Source of the DNA: Candidatus Altimarinota bacterium
GTDB lineage: Bacteria > Patescibacteriota > Gracilibacteria > UBA1369
Length of the DNA: 64,000 nucleotides
Reading direction: 5' to 3'
Assembly: GCA_963677745.1 (NCBI GenBank)
Contig: OY782391.1
Location: 672,001-736,000, forward strand
In this document: positions 12,301-18,730 of the stretch, one piece after another
Layout of the letters: the number at the start of each line of letters is the position of its first letter
How positions within the stretch are numbered: position 1 is the stretch's first letter
The notes under the pieces: model-generated
What the model saw: only the letters and a program-made list of their open reading frames with translations
Told to the model about the DNA's origin: nothing
Database searches by the model: none
Made by a program: the position numbers and the translations under genes

Positions 12301-14093
12301 ACGATATACAAAGAGCCTTCATCACCAAGGTGGACACCGATCCAAACCGCACCTTCGAGGTCGTTTCCAGATTGAATATTGCCCCCTCTTCCCCCACTTC
12401 CGATGATATGACCTACGCCAATTTTATATATTGGCCCAACGAATATGCTCCCAATGAATATGCTTTGGAAAACATTTTCCCGGCCGCTTCCATCGACACC
12501 ACCAACGGCTATGCCTATTTCCCGGCCACCCGCCTGAACCAGCCCCGGGCACTGGGTTTCCACAAAATCATCCGCATCCATCTGTCCGACTTCACCCGCA
12601 AATCATTCAACGATGAAATGATTTTCAGTGACGACAGCGCCCACCTCATCAAAGGAACCATCTTCCGCCCGTCCACCGGCCGCGGCTATCTGATCAGACC
12701 TTCCGTCAGCCCGGATTATGAAACCCTCACCGAGTGGAACTCCACCAGCCGCCAGAATCTCAAACTGCAGGTGGCACAAGCCTTAGACAACCAATATTGT
12801 AACTACGACAATTACAACTCTTACGTCTGGAACGACCTTCCCAACGCCGACTTTAGTATTTCAGACTCAACCTACTTTAGCGATGGTGCAGCCACATCCA
12901 ACGTCACAGGCCTGCTCTACGATAATAATGACTCGTTTGTGCCGGGCCAGCTTAAGGACAGCAGCTCCACCACTTCACGGATCTCACTGGGCAAAAACCA
13001 GTTCTCGGAAATAGAATACTCTCTCAAACCGACTGCCGGCGCCGAGGGTTCCTATTGTTTCCGCCTGATCGACGCTGATCCCCAAACCGACAATCAGGTC
13101 GGCAGAAACCCCAACCTAGTCTATACGCTCACCGGAAGCAACTATGACCCGACCAATTATAATATTTATCCTGCCTTATCAGTCGGCGGACTTATTCTGA
13201 GTAAAACTTCCATCAATCTGATCGAAGGAACCACCACCGACAGTTATGGAATCAAGTTGGCCCAAGCCCCCTCCTCCACTGTAACCGTGTCGGTCAACGC
13301 CGATGACAGCAGATTAATCCTCTCCCCCGACTCAACCCCCGGAACTCCCACCGAGACCTCCCTCACCTTCACCACCGGCAATTGGGACACCTACCAATAC
13401 ATCACCGTCTCCGCAATTAACAACGGCACCGCCGAAGGAACAACCACCGGTCTGATTAATCACACCGTCACCGGCGCCGACGCCAAGTTCAACAACATTA
13501 TTGCCAGCCCGGTTCAATCCGTACTCACCGATTATGGCTCCTCCTCGGCCAATGTGTTAGCCACCATTACCGGCGACGCCACCTTCACCCCGCCGGACAA
13601 TTTCTCCTTCCCGGAAGCCTACAGTGGACAGGTCACGCCCAACTTCTCCCCTGCTCTCAACCTGAGCTTCTCTGAAACCCGCGGCCCCTCCCTTGATTAT
13701 GTTTTGACTATGCAAACGGACGGTTTCTGCAAATCCGCCGGCGTCTGCATACCGCTTAATCGCGTCTTCACGGCCACCGCCAATCTGGTCAATATTTACA
13801 ACACCTTCAATCCGGCCCAAATCAGTCAATTCATCTCCAATTATCTGCAGGACGGAGAAAACTTAACCAACCGCTCCACCTACGTTCACGGAAATCCATC
13901 CGAAGACCGTCCTCTTTCCTCCCCCATCACCCTGATCGACACCAGAAACGTCCCCAGCGGCAACAGTAATAACCCGCTGCAGGGAGACCTGTCATTCACG
14001 CTGCATTTGATGATTGATTATGGAAGTTTCAACATTCCGTCACTCGGCACCTACATCACCACACTGGTTTTCGATTTCAACACCAATCCGTAA
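312..14093 (+). CDS. Giant (4593 aa) surface protein: N-terminal TM/signal, DNRLRE-like region, ~21 IPT/TIG repeats, 5 GEVED modules, 7-bladed beta-propeller, Calx-beta-like domain, C-terminal WxL-like domain
   Basis: Repeated PT(I/V)TxxxP...GG..ITITGTNF...C...C motifs; GEFEDY/GETEDY/GEVEDY x5, each preceded by WIDxNxD and GxTRMRV; seven S.ID..NG.(L/A)YF blades; C-terminal ETRG...GTYITTLVFDF. Confidence 0.9.
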   Translation: MRRKRAPSIIFKKGRFWLYFSLVFVVLIFVLSAIFGHLAPLTIPQEEQPSSQNLSSETGLPKLKPEDELQDLRNETTKHYQNPDGSITAVISAAPVHYKDGEEWKDIVLDIEQNTSATHPDYAFASVKNETKRFYSASSGAQGLMIDFGEEVFKDWINPEMLWLNSKGETIKRVKGNIVKGVASSKSINYPMVYPSSDVTFEQSPQNRKMDVVLKDKSALADMPADASEVAYCEEMIVPQGWTYQTKTESENPKIIRDINFTNKDSKAAVNLYAPEIYEQNDPEHVIYGRYTLRQNGNAITICKVAPTDWLKAPERQFPVVVDPNLYASGSIYTGTTSSAGDKWTGDLDVGCWGSCTPTRRGYAYFDTSSIMTGASVTSSNLALAPRQNPASTMYVFFYVMSLNPLTATGTQIYNDTSRSYGIDTGITHLTTATLNSYLSMTLNANGISYLESSFSSPNYYAANIYSSTNSTYARYDRYDSGFSPRLYVWYTLPTIAVTATSSYWNGTNYWVKSGDNITVNGTTIGAGTCYVYWDTDETAVGTGGVTWSDTCDGTYVAPSSTTSNSPYYVCIRAYDAGVTSYTNYICDEMYYDSIAPTLTSVAVNNGAANSGQTVNVNLTGEADANSGLGTGAQIRLSCNGSTWSAYTYSDPSPNFDTQTGAGCVAGFGTKTIYVQIRDAAGNWSATRSDSIVTWDAPTVTGISPNIGPYDGGNTVTVTGTNFYTGAILWIDTGSNNSNSCTVNTSASMTCTLNSYTGATGTYGIWVVTHLTSATLPSAYTYMGAPTISTGSDSPRPFVPYFGRLSPNPETSIVITGTNFYNGSTNARVKYSDIQSGLPMDCATVTVVNTTTITCSKNFSVEGPVTNWAVQTDSGITATVPNGWYSSNYTLPAVTNATGYSGMGIANVNLIGDTTQTLRINNSTSTPNALVHNSTPPSFPWSTAFYTHYGPVQSGTPPSSTLGIPILKTYTSYPISITGGASYRMKVAVWIDINRDNDFADSGEMVLAYTDIGSVGGTLSTSISLPIIISAGQTRMRVGSEYYNRTGETTGNGPNDFGEFEDYYVTLQNQAAPTITSVSPDKGPLAGNTLTIVGTGFQTGANVYIGTLGDNNNKADPVIIQKNYPSLGIDTITAVIGPGTLVSGTTYNVYVQNSDLQYGTKTLSYTPYSAPTITAVNPYFGLTGTSLSITGTNFYDNSSVTASATLNGGAISCSRNSMSTTTYSCNAGSYTPANLYTGANPFNVSITTASGSVNSTGAAFNYSQYTLPTHTASGLNIGITNVALTGESPTALNQPSWAPPSITPSGSPASLPNISGTNAYFTNYAPGQSGGNIPNLKRYGTYNLNITGTADYYNLGAAWIDYNRDYDFGETDEDVVTGAYISGATASTPVTVPGTAGLGQTRLRVCSGNSACDASGNGPTAWGETEDYVVNIQAGDAPTLSAISPSEGPANQAYSVSITGTNLHSGATVYFGGNGATGVTVQEDYPVDGTDTITATTPSLAAGIYNVTVTNNDSQSATLTNSYRAWGAPALTSLNGNAFTEAYYGVPAGGNTINIYGNNFYTNLVNPIQAAIGGNACTNLTFVDSTRVTCVVPTGSGEGIVNVTVTTGPSNTATLTNGYAYNNYGLPHVSDTSHLLGISLVQLRGETGYTDYINNTSNTVWNLSHSSSPPALPYITPYFTNYTPSQITGNSTLGIPRLIRNHTYSMTLDGGTWAEQKGSVWLDSNHDNVYNQSGEILYNGAVIPVSGNVTFNVNIPANSQLGEARMRVGTDLYYFNVYGPTTYGEFEDYRVQILSQPTPTVTDVSPLEGASGAGSTVLTITGTNFESGAQVVMTRVGGGSGPYTYTPSSITSNSITVTVNNLASGDYDVSVVQADGTTGTRSNTFYAWPAATISDVTPNWQSTSGGGEIHISGDNFWGTISIMIGSTPCDYAWVDDLSSVYCDSAPALTAGTYDVSVTTGTNTAYAYGAITYYENPTVIAVDPNWQISSVGGGSLTITGTGFFPTGVRPANTVTIGGVDCSNTNISSSTTLTCTAPNLTAGTYNISVSTPVGTGTGTNLISYYSAPTVTSITQTHGPDDGGVTVDIYGTNFRAGDSSVTIGGNPATEIDVISNTHLTAVTPAGTAGAPVGITVTNSPDGQSGTLSSAYTYMDDPTFAGTTPFVPHAGPSNTGGTTITINGTNFYNIEGSTQTTISVGSGSCTGISINGAHTQLTCTLPSQTAGAKDIVLTTASGFAEAFGGYIYYDAPTITTVVPNALHTGALDSGVELTITGTNIYDSEGVSSAYVNIGGVSCDRRSMTEDTTFVCHPPDKGTDNDYTLMLYTRSGSDDYTIHYYDAPTVSSVEPDKGQAVGGDTVIITGTNFYDDGVAPTTVTTDAAGLVDFCVPASINILSSTEIQCTTEPGTGAVNIYVNTPSGQSAVLTSGYRYFAAPTVTSVTPSQGPIEGGQTITIAGTNFYDLASPVTTVTIGTAGCDDMVIAPTFDSLTCTTPANTAGTYNVTVTTPSGASNTNITYQYWGAPVINGLAPNGGPTGTSIEIAISGSNFYENYPPEHLTVTVGDVPCLSSSLQAWNHIHCTIPAFTGDPGSKAVVVTTPSGPSNSFYYTYYDAPTITRLTPISGAPAGNSQIYFYGTNFYDNLTYPISVLINNNPCQLLSVVSPTSLWCNIPAGTLLQVVDAAITTGSGTDTKTNAFVYDNYTAPLTYGTTNNMGLTRVALSGESSASLTLDNTSLTPDNLSHTSNPPSLSWPTPLYTNYVPVQSSSPPQSNLGVPVLERYGRYTFQAGKIYGADQHLGLWIDYNKNNSFADAGEFVLDDVHMGMGTTTYSTPIDIPAAAAIGTTRMRVGATATSENLRLGGYEGVAYGEFEDYLVNIQASSAPTITDFTPGVGPAAAGTAFTLTGTGIKPGARVYFDVYPGGPEATPSPITWMNDTTVTGFTPGLGSGTNHTVFIVNPDNQWASLSNAYLAYGLPTVTDLGYTYFDLPAGGTTININGTNFYNGVIPVTAFIGSEECTTTTYVSPTQVTCEVPPANPSAEGPVSVYVSTESGAGTPLDNAFIYNNYGLPTVTGLLNNFGTSLVQLRGETAYTDYINNTSNVPLNLSHVSSPPALPYTDAYYTNYAPAQSTGSVTLGIPRLVRSHTYSLTMDGGTAYDETGVVWIDLNQNNIFEHPDEALATGYIWLAGNLTTTITIPATAQLGETRMRTISGNLWSTPYGPNQYGEVEDYRVMLLSQPTPTVTDISPNYGPPSLATSDITITGTNFDSGAKVKIGTEYATDVTVVDSAHITATTPALAVGDYEVQVEQADGTASNILSGAEGFHVLGAPTVSSITPDEVAADTPALIATITGENFYTTDQYPVSISVGGQPCDIGVDVQNAQTIVCEYSSPATPGVYDVSVTTGSDTGTGNDLLTVYGAPTISSIALDYGSTNGGETVIITGTNFFPAGGSPDVYFGHSPGDLTPAPTTHVDSDTQITATTPGGRGVGLVDVLVTTDAGTATLTDGYEFLPHPINIDSSTLTSYSARIEPINTASYSYANFNPVNEDFVKVTLYEEGSGNPAIGRKVTLFANPSAGIEMLIADCRDPRHAIDATEATTDSLGTGCFRVHKSGVADFDISTVTLSATVTNGNYSEDATLSTTRELEIGPFSATSTLNYRYRNDDGSDLTASAIADTDVPFYNAVTNTAFRLRFGLTRNVPSGTDSMRFDEFSPTTSVQYSAGTGYLPASFKAFAGGYAVNENNNKLYVITPYEELTKTHVFKFDLNDLSQSPTSFEFPPVVNGSLPYGDRIDAPITSTTHNVTRTFIDPDNNLMYFVLTPYFADAPNHSIRVYKVNLTTETVVDVFEEPSDLLDNKSSISYDSEIDLTNGFLYLTISGNEAQEEKNARVMKIKLNGPAQAMTEVGQLVLGSASREITSSVIDLTNQYLYVTTEMPQKIVKIDLDVSPTLPPVVTDEITLVPIPSESPNETVGYQSAVIDTVEGYAYFASSTNFLGAGYDDIQRAFITKVDTDPNRTFEVVSRLNIAPSSPTSDDMTYANFIYWPNEYAPNEYALENIFPAASIDTTNGYAYFPATRLNQPRALGFHKIIRIHLSDFTRKSFNDEMIFSDDSAHLIKGTIFRPSTGRGYLIRPSVSPDYETLTEWNSTSRQNLKLQVAQALDNQYCNYDNYNSYVWNDLPNADFSISDSTYFSDGAATSNVTGLLYDNNDSFVPGQLKDSSSTTSRISLGKNQFSEIEYSLKPTAGAEGSYCFRLIDADPQTDNQVGRNPNLVYTLTGSNYDPTNYNIYPALSVGGLILSKTSINLIEGTTTDSYGIKLAQAPSSTVTVSVNADDSRLILSPDSTPGTPTETSLTFTTGNWDTYQYITVSAINNGTAEGTTTGLINHTVTGADAKFNNIIASPVQSVLTDYGSSSANVLATITGDATFTPPDNFSFPEAYSGQVTPNFSPALNLSFSETRGPSLDYVLTMQTDGFCKSAGVCIPLNRVFTATANLVNIYNTFNPAQISQFISNYLQDGENLTNRSTYVHGNPSEDRPLSSPITLIDTRNVPSGNSNNPLQGDLSFTLHLMIDYGSFNIPSLGTYITTLVFDFNTNP

Positions 14094-14105
14094 ACGATCT
14101 GAATC

Positions 14106-15308
14106 ATGCGTCTCTTCACTTCAAAATTAGAAAAACACCTCCAGCGCCCCGCACTGTTGCTGTCGGGCATTATCCTCATCAGTACACTGTTCTTCTCCTT
14201 CCCCGCACTCGCCCAAAACAACAATGCCTTGCAGGTATTACTTAATCCTGTGCAATCGACGCCGGGAACTTCCCCCGTGAAAAAACCTCCCCTCTCCTAC
14301 GAACTGAAACCCGGGAAATCATTGGAAGATGTTTTTACCATTCAGAACTTTTCATCGGGACAATCCTATAAATTCAGGGTCTATGCCGTGGACGCGATCC
14401 AGAGCAGCGATGGGGCATCGGGTTTCAAGCTGGAGGACAAAAAACAAAATCACGTCGGCGACTGGATAAAATTTAACCAAAAAGAAGTTGAAATCAAGCC
14501 GGGCGAAACAGCTCTCCTGCCCTACAGCCTGATAATCCCGACCAAAGTCACCCCCGGCACTTATCAGGGCGGACTGGTTGCCGAATTGATCAGCCGGAAC
14601 GACAATAAGACAACTGACGGTCAAAACACCGTAATTATTTCCACCAGACTGATAGAACCGGTCTATATCTCTATTCCCGGCAGAAAAACGGTTAAATACA
14701 ATCTTAATGATTTTTCCTATCAGCAGATTGGGGGGCTTCCCAGTTTTTACATGAGATTCTCCAATAATGGCAACGTCTTCCTCAAGACCTCCACCAAACT
14801 CAGCATACGGGGGACGCTCCTGGAAAAACCCTATCAGGTTGACCTGGCAGACTCTACCATCCTGCAGGGGGAAAGTCTGGAAAAAGTCTTCAAGTTTGAG
14901 AACCCACCCCTCTTTGGCGAATACAAAGCTGACCTGACCATGGAAATATCCGAATATAATGTCGCTAAAAACGAGTTAATGCCGCTTAACACCGTTACAA
15001 AAACTATCTCCTTTTATATTATTCCCTGGCACTGCCTGATCTTCCTGTTATTGTTGATAATCCTGCTCCCGGTCTGTGAATATCTGCGGCGCCGTTATTT
15101 CCGCGAAAATCCCCCCCTGACCTTTGGCCACCTGGTCAAAAAAGGTGAAACCGTCGTTTCTATCGCCGACCTGTATCAGATCAGCTGGAAAAAGATAATA
15201 AAATTGAATAAATTGGCCAAACCCTATACAATCAAACCTGGCCGTCTGCTGGAGCTACCCTTTCCAAAAACCGGGGAAGAATCCGTAAAGAAAAATCCCC
15301 CCTCCTGA
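14106..15308 (+). CDS. DUF916/WxL-interacting-like secreted protein with C-terminal TM helix and LysM domain
   Basis: Signal peptide; YELKPG..EDVFTIQN, VYAVDA, VGDWIKF..V.IKPGE...IP...PGTYQGG, FSNNGNVFL; TM helix, then HLVKKGETVVSIA...NKL..PY.IKPG..L. Confidence 0.75.
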   Translation: MRLFTSKLEKHLQRPALLLSGIILISTLFFSFPALAQNNNALQVLLNPVQSTPGTSPVKKPPLSYELKPGKSLEDVFTIQNFSSGQSYKFRVYAVDAIQSSDGASGFKLEDKKQNHVGDWIKFNQKEVEIKPGETALLPYSLIIPTKVTPGTYQGGLVAELISRNDNKTTDGQNTVIISTRLIEPVYISIPGRKTVKYNLNDFSYQQIGGLPSFYMRFSNNGNVFLKTSTKLSIRGTLLEKPYQVDLADSTILQGESLEKVFKFENPPLFGEYKADLTMEISEYNVAKNELMPLNTVTKTISFYIIPWHCLIFLLLLIILLPVCEYLRRRYFRENPPLTFGHLVKKGETVVSIADLYQISWKKIIKLNKLAKPYTIKPGRLLELPFPKTGEESVKKNPPS

Positions 15309-15310
15309 TA

Positions 15311-15339
15311 TTGACAAATAAAGGGAATAAAGTTATTAT
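15311..15339 (+). promoter_or_regulatory. Sigma70 promoter for the 212-aa gene
   Basis: TTGACA-N17-TATTAT. Confidence 0.8.
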
Positions 15340-15371
15340 GTTTAGAAGCTTTACAATTTAACAAAAAAAAT

Positions 15372-16010
15372 ATGAAAAAGCTCGCAACAATTTTAGCACT
15401 CACAGCAGTAGTCGCCAATCTGGGCGTCGCCGTAGTGTTTGCTCAGGAAAACGTAGCTGGAAGCCAGCTGATCGGCTGTGCCGATGCCGCAACCGGCCAG
15501 GCACTGGCAGTTAGCTGGACAGACGGCCCTGGTGCTCCGGTATCTTTCGAAGGCAAGTATACCAACTGGTTTGATGACGCTAATACCGATGCCGCTATCG
15601 TACTCGACACTTTCATCTACGTAGACACCACTGATGATCGTGGTTGGGATCCTGCTGGAGTAACCTGCGGAACAGGAGGACGTGTAGACATTAGTTCTCT
15701 GGGTCTGGATCATCCTACTGTCACCCAGAACCTCGCAATCGGTTTGGGCACTGTGACCGAAGGCGGCGATTTTACATGGCAGGGTGCTTCACATGATCCG
15801 GCAGATGTAGCCGAGGTCGTCGGTGTAGTACACGCTGCCGCCCAAGACCTTACAACCGCTTTACAAATGGTCACCTTTACCAAGGCTTGGTCCGGAACAG
15901 TTAGAATGACTTTTGATGGCAGTCAGTTACATGTAAATACTCCAACTACTCCAATTGCAGCCGGTACTTATACCGGAAACGTCACCTTCACTCTGGTTCC
16001 TGGAGTTTGA
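15372..16010 (+). CDS. Small secreted WxL-like/pilin-like protein (candidate major subunit)
   Basis: Signal peptide ending VFA-Q; TTDDRG motif; C-terminal AAGTYTGNVTFTL; one Cys pair. Confidence 0.7.
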   Translation: MKKLATILALTAVVANLGVAVVFAQENVAGSQLIGCADAATGQALAVSWTDGPGAPVSFEGKYTNWFDDANTDAAIVLDTFIYVDTTDDRGWDPAGVTCGTGGRVDISSLGLDHPTVTQNLAIGLGTVTEGGDFTWQGASHDPADVAEVVGVVHAAAQDLTTALQMVTFTKAWSGTVRMTFDGSQLHVNTPTTPIAAGTYTGNVTFTLVPGV

Positions 16011-16040
16011 TCGATGATTTAAGAGTCTGAATAGACCATG

Positions 16041-16074
16041 AAAGAGAGGGGTAATTACCCCTCTCTTTTCTTTT
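16041..16074 (+). terminator. Intrinsic terminator
   Basis: Perfect palindrome AAAGAGAGGGGTAA|TTACCCCTCTCTTT followed by TCTTTT. Confidence 0.85.
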
Positions 16075-16113
16075 AAATTTCACAAAATCACCTTCCCCTG
16101 AATAAACCGTTCA

Positions 16114-16122
16114 TGTTATAAT
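16114..16122 (+). promoter_or_regulatory. Extended -10 promoter re-initiating after the terminator
   Basis: TGtTATAAT, about 50 nt upstream of ATG 16175. Confidence 0.6.
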
Positions 16123-16174
16123 AATAGTGAATCCAAAATGTATTTTGAATAAAATAAAAATAAAACTAATCCCT

Positions 16175-17302
16175 ATGTTTAAAGAGAAACTTCTGGCTAC
16201 CTTGACTGTACTCGCTCTTCTTTTACCGCAAACCGGCCTTGCCTCCAATATCTTCGGTTTTGGCGGAGCTAGTGATAGTGTCAAAGGTCAATATGAGTTT
16301 ACCTATGATGGTAAAACCACGCTGGAAAGCACCCTTTTACTCAGAAACGGCGAGCGTGAAAAAGAAACAGTAGTCAGGCTCTCCGCAGTCGACGCCCAGA
16401 CCAACAACCAGGGAGACCTGTTTTATAAGGAAAACGGTCAGCCGCAGTCAAAAATAGGTACCTGGGTTAAATTTGATCAAACCGAAGTCCGCCTGCCTCC
16501 CAAGGGGGAAGCACGTGTACACTTTGTCATCACCCTGCCTGACAAAATCACTCCCGGCATCTACGCCGGTGGCCTTACCGCCGAAGATATCACCGATGTA
16601 CAAACCACTTCAGAGGCCGGCAAAACCGACTCCTCCTCCGGCTTTTCCGTTATCATGAAAGCCAGACTGCTTAAACCGATTTTAATTAATGTCCCCGGCG
16701 AAAAAGTCAGCAAATTTCAATCGGGCGAGCTCACCTTCAATCAAAAATCCAACCCCAAAACCTTGTTATTTGATATACAAAACCAAGGTAATACTCTGCT
16801 GGCCGCCAAAGGTACTTTGGAAATTAAGAACGGGGAGACTACCGTGAAAGTGTTCCCCATTGATGCTAAGGGCATCCTTGCAGAAGACACCTTCCATGGC
16901 CAGTATGAATGGCGTGAAGCCCCCGCCTGGGGCAATTTTACCGCCCAGCTGTCCTTGGATGTTTCCGCCTATGACCCCTTCACTGAAACCTACACCCAGT
17001 TGGGAAATGTCAAAAAAGACGTGTCCATTTCATTGACCAGTTATAATTCATTGCTCCCCTATCTGTACGGATTACTGGCCCTGATTTTGCTCATAGTGGT
17101 GATTGTGGTAAAAAACTACCTCTATAAAGCTAAATGCGTCCCTTACACCATTCTGGCCAACGATACCCTGAACAGCGTCGCGGAAAAGTTTGGCATGGGC
17201 TGGAAGAAACTCGCTTCCATCAATAAAATCAAGGCTCCCTATCAACTAAAAACCGGAACAAAAATTCTGGTTAGAGCAAAAGACGATGCTAAAAAGAAAT
17301 AA
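16175..17302 (+). CDS. DUF916/WxL-interacting-like protein with TM helix and LysM (paralog of 14106..15308)
   Basis: Start moved to MFKEKLL (signal peptide, downstream of the promoter); LSAVDA, IGTWVKF, ITPGIYAGG, IQNQGNTLL; TM helix, then YTILANDTL..VAEKF..W..LA.IN....Y.L..G. Confidence 0.75.
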   Translation: MFKEKLLATLTVLALLLPQTGLASNIFGFGGASDSVKGQYEFTYDGKTTLESTLLLRNGEREKETVVRLSAVDAQTNNQGDLFYKENGQPQSKIGTWVKFDQTEVRLPPKGEARVHFVITLPDKITPGIYAGGLTAEDITDVQTTSEAGKTDSSSGFSVIMKARLLKPILINVPGEKVSKFQSGELTFNQKSNPKTLLFDIQNQGNTLLAAKGTLEIKNGETTVKVFPIDAKGILAEDTFHGQYEWREAPAWGNFTAQLSLDVSAYDPFTETYTQLGNVKKDVSISLTSYNSLLPYLYGLLALILLIVVIVVKNYLYKAKCVPYTILANDTLNSVAEKFGMGWKKLASINKIKAPYQLKTGTKILVRAKDDAKKK

Positions 17303-18011
17303 ACTAATTCTGTTTTTCCTGTTCATCAATTTTCTGTTTTCTGTTTTTGTGGCACAGGCCCAAATCTCCATCAATGGAGAAATGGAAGTTGGCCCCTGTA
17401 CAACGAATTGCGTTAGACTTAACGTTCCCGTTTCTCTAAGCCCTACGGCCAATGCCCCAGTCTTTATCGACAACAGTAAAAAGTTGGTCTATCTTCTTTC
17501 CACCAACTCCGGCCAATATCTGGAGGTAGTCAATTCAATAGACTCGTCGGTAGCCCCCCCGGTCAATTTTTCGGTACAGGTGTCAGCTTCCGACCTAAGT
17601 GATTCTGTAAACAATCTCCCTATTAGCGAAATCGGCATTCTGACCTATAATGAAACCCCCGGACAAACCGTAGATGGCAGAAACTCTTCGGGAGGTGACT
17701 TCCCTGTATCAAGACTAAACCCCAGAAACATCATCGCAGACCCACCCATTTTCCCACTCCTCCCGGATCCCTTCAACGAATCCGCCTTAAATAACAGAAT
17801 ATCTTCCGGTGAAATTGGAGAAAATTATTTTCAATTTTTTGATTCCGGCCCCCACACAATTATGGAGACGCCTGTTGCCGGGAATTATCTTGGAAGTTAT
17901 AATATTGGTTTCGCCGTTGTTTTAAGATTTCCAGAATTCTCCATTGACACTTATAATCTGCGTGATGGCAATTATATGTCCCCACTCACCTTTACTTTAA
18001 CCGTTTCCTAA
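17286..18011 (+). CDS. Secreted WxL-like/pilin-like protein (candidate minor subunit)
   Basis: Signal peptide (AQA-Q); FSVQVSASDL; C-terminal DGNYMSPLTFTL. Confidence 0.55.
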   Translation: MLKRNKLILFFLFINFLFSVFVAQAQISINGEMEVGPCTTNCVRLNVPVSLSPTANAPVFIDNSKKLVYLLSTNSGQYLEVVNSIDSSVAPPVNFSVQVSASDLSDSVNNLPISEIGILTYNETPGQTVDGRNSSGGDFPVSRLNPRNIIADPPIFPLLPDPFNESALNNRISSGEIGENYFQFFDSGPHTIMETPVAGNYLGSYNIGFAVVLRFPEFSIDTYNLRDGNYMSPLTFTLTVS

Positions 18012-18015
18012 AAAT

Positions 18016-18708
18016 ATGCGTAAAAACATCCTTCTCCCTGTTTTGGTCTTATTGACCTTGGCACCCCAACTTTGTCTTGCTCAAGCAATGAGCGTCACTT
18101 CGAGGCCGGCCAATATTTACAAAGTTTCCCCTTATGAATTCACTGCCGAAATCAAGCCGGGGGAATCGGCTGTTGACACAGTATTGATAACGAATTCAAC
18201 AGACCAGCCAACAACAATAACCCTGACCGGAGTAGATCCTTTTACCAACCAGGAAGGAAAAACCTCCTATAAATTATCAACGGACACTCAAACCGATGCC
18301 GGTCTTTGGATAGTTCCGGAGCAGAAAACCGTTGAAATTGCCCCCAAACAACAGGCCAAAGTGAATTTTACCATCTCCGTACCTGCCGGAACCGAATTGA
18401 AAAACTATCTTGCCGGTATCTCCGTGGATGTGAAAAGTATCGCTTCCTTCAATGACAAAAACGGGCAACAGGTTAGAATTAATGTCCGCAAAATAGAAAA
18501 AGTGAATATCAAGGTAACTGACAACCCTCAACCGGTTGAGATTATGACGTACCAGGGCGCAATCTCCTGGGCCCAGATCTATTTATGGTCTTCTCTGGGC
18601 ATTTTCGTACTTGCCCTAGCTATCATCCTTTTCACTCAAATCAAAAAACGCCGTTTGAAAAAAAAACACGGTCACTCCTCCTCTATCGGAACTGAAGAGA
18701 AAAAATAA
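18016..18708 (+). CDS. Short DUF916-like protein with C-terminal TM anchor
   Basis: Signal peptide; EIKPGE...ITN, TGVD, AGLWI...VEIAP...V.FTISVP...NYLAG; TM helix plus basic tail; lacks the second Ig domain and LysM. Confidence 0.75.
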   Translation: MRKNILLPVLVLLTLAPQLCLAQAMSVTSRPANIYKVSPYEFTAEIKPGESAVDTVLITNSTDQPTTITLTGVDPFTNQEGKTSYKLSTDTQTDAGLWIVPEQKTVEIAPKQQAKVNFTISVPAGTELKNYLAGISVDVKSIASFNDKNGQQVRINVRKIEKVNIKVTDNPQPVEIMTYQGAISWAQIYLWSSLGIFVLALAIILFTQIKKRRLKKKHGHSSSIGTEEKK

Positions 18709-18730
18709 TCAGCCCTGTTTAAGCTATCTT

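Noticed and set aside
370-13829. Many short alternative-frame and antisense ORFs inside the giant gene
   Set aside because: Expected by-products of Thr/Gly/Pro-biased codons; no independent signals
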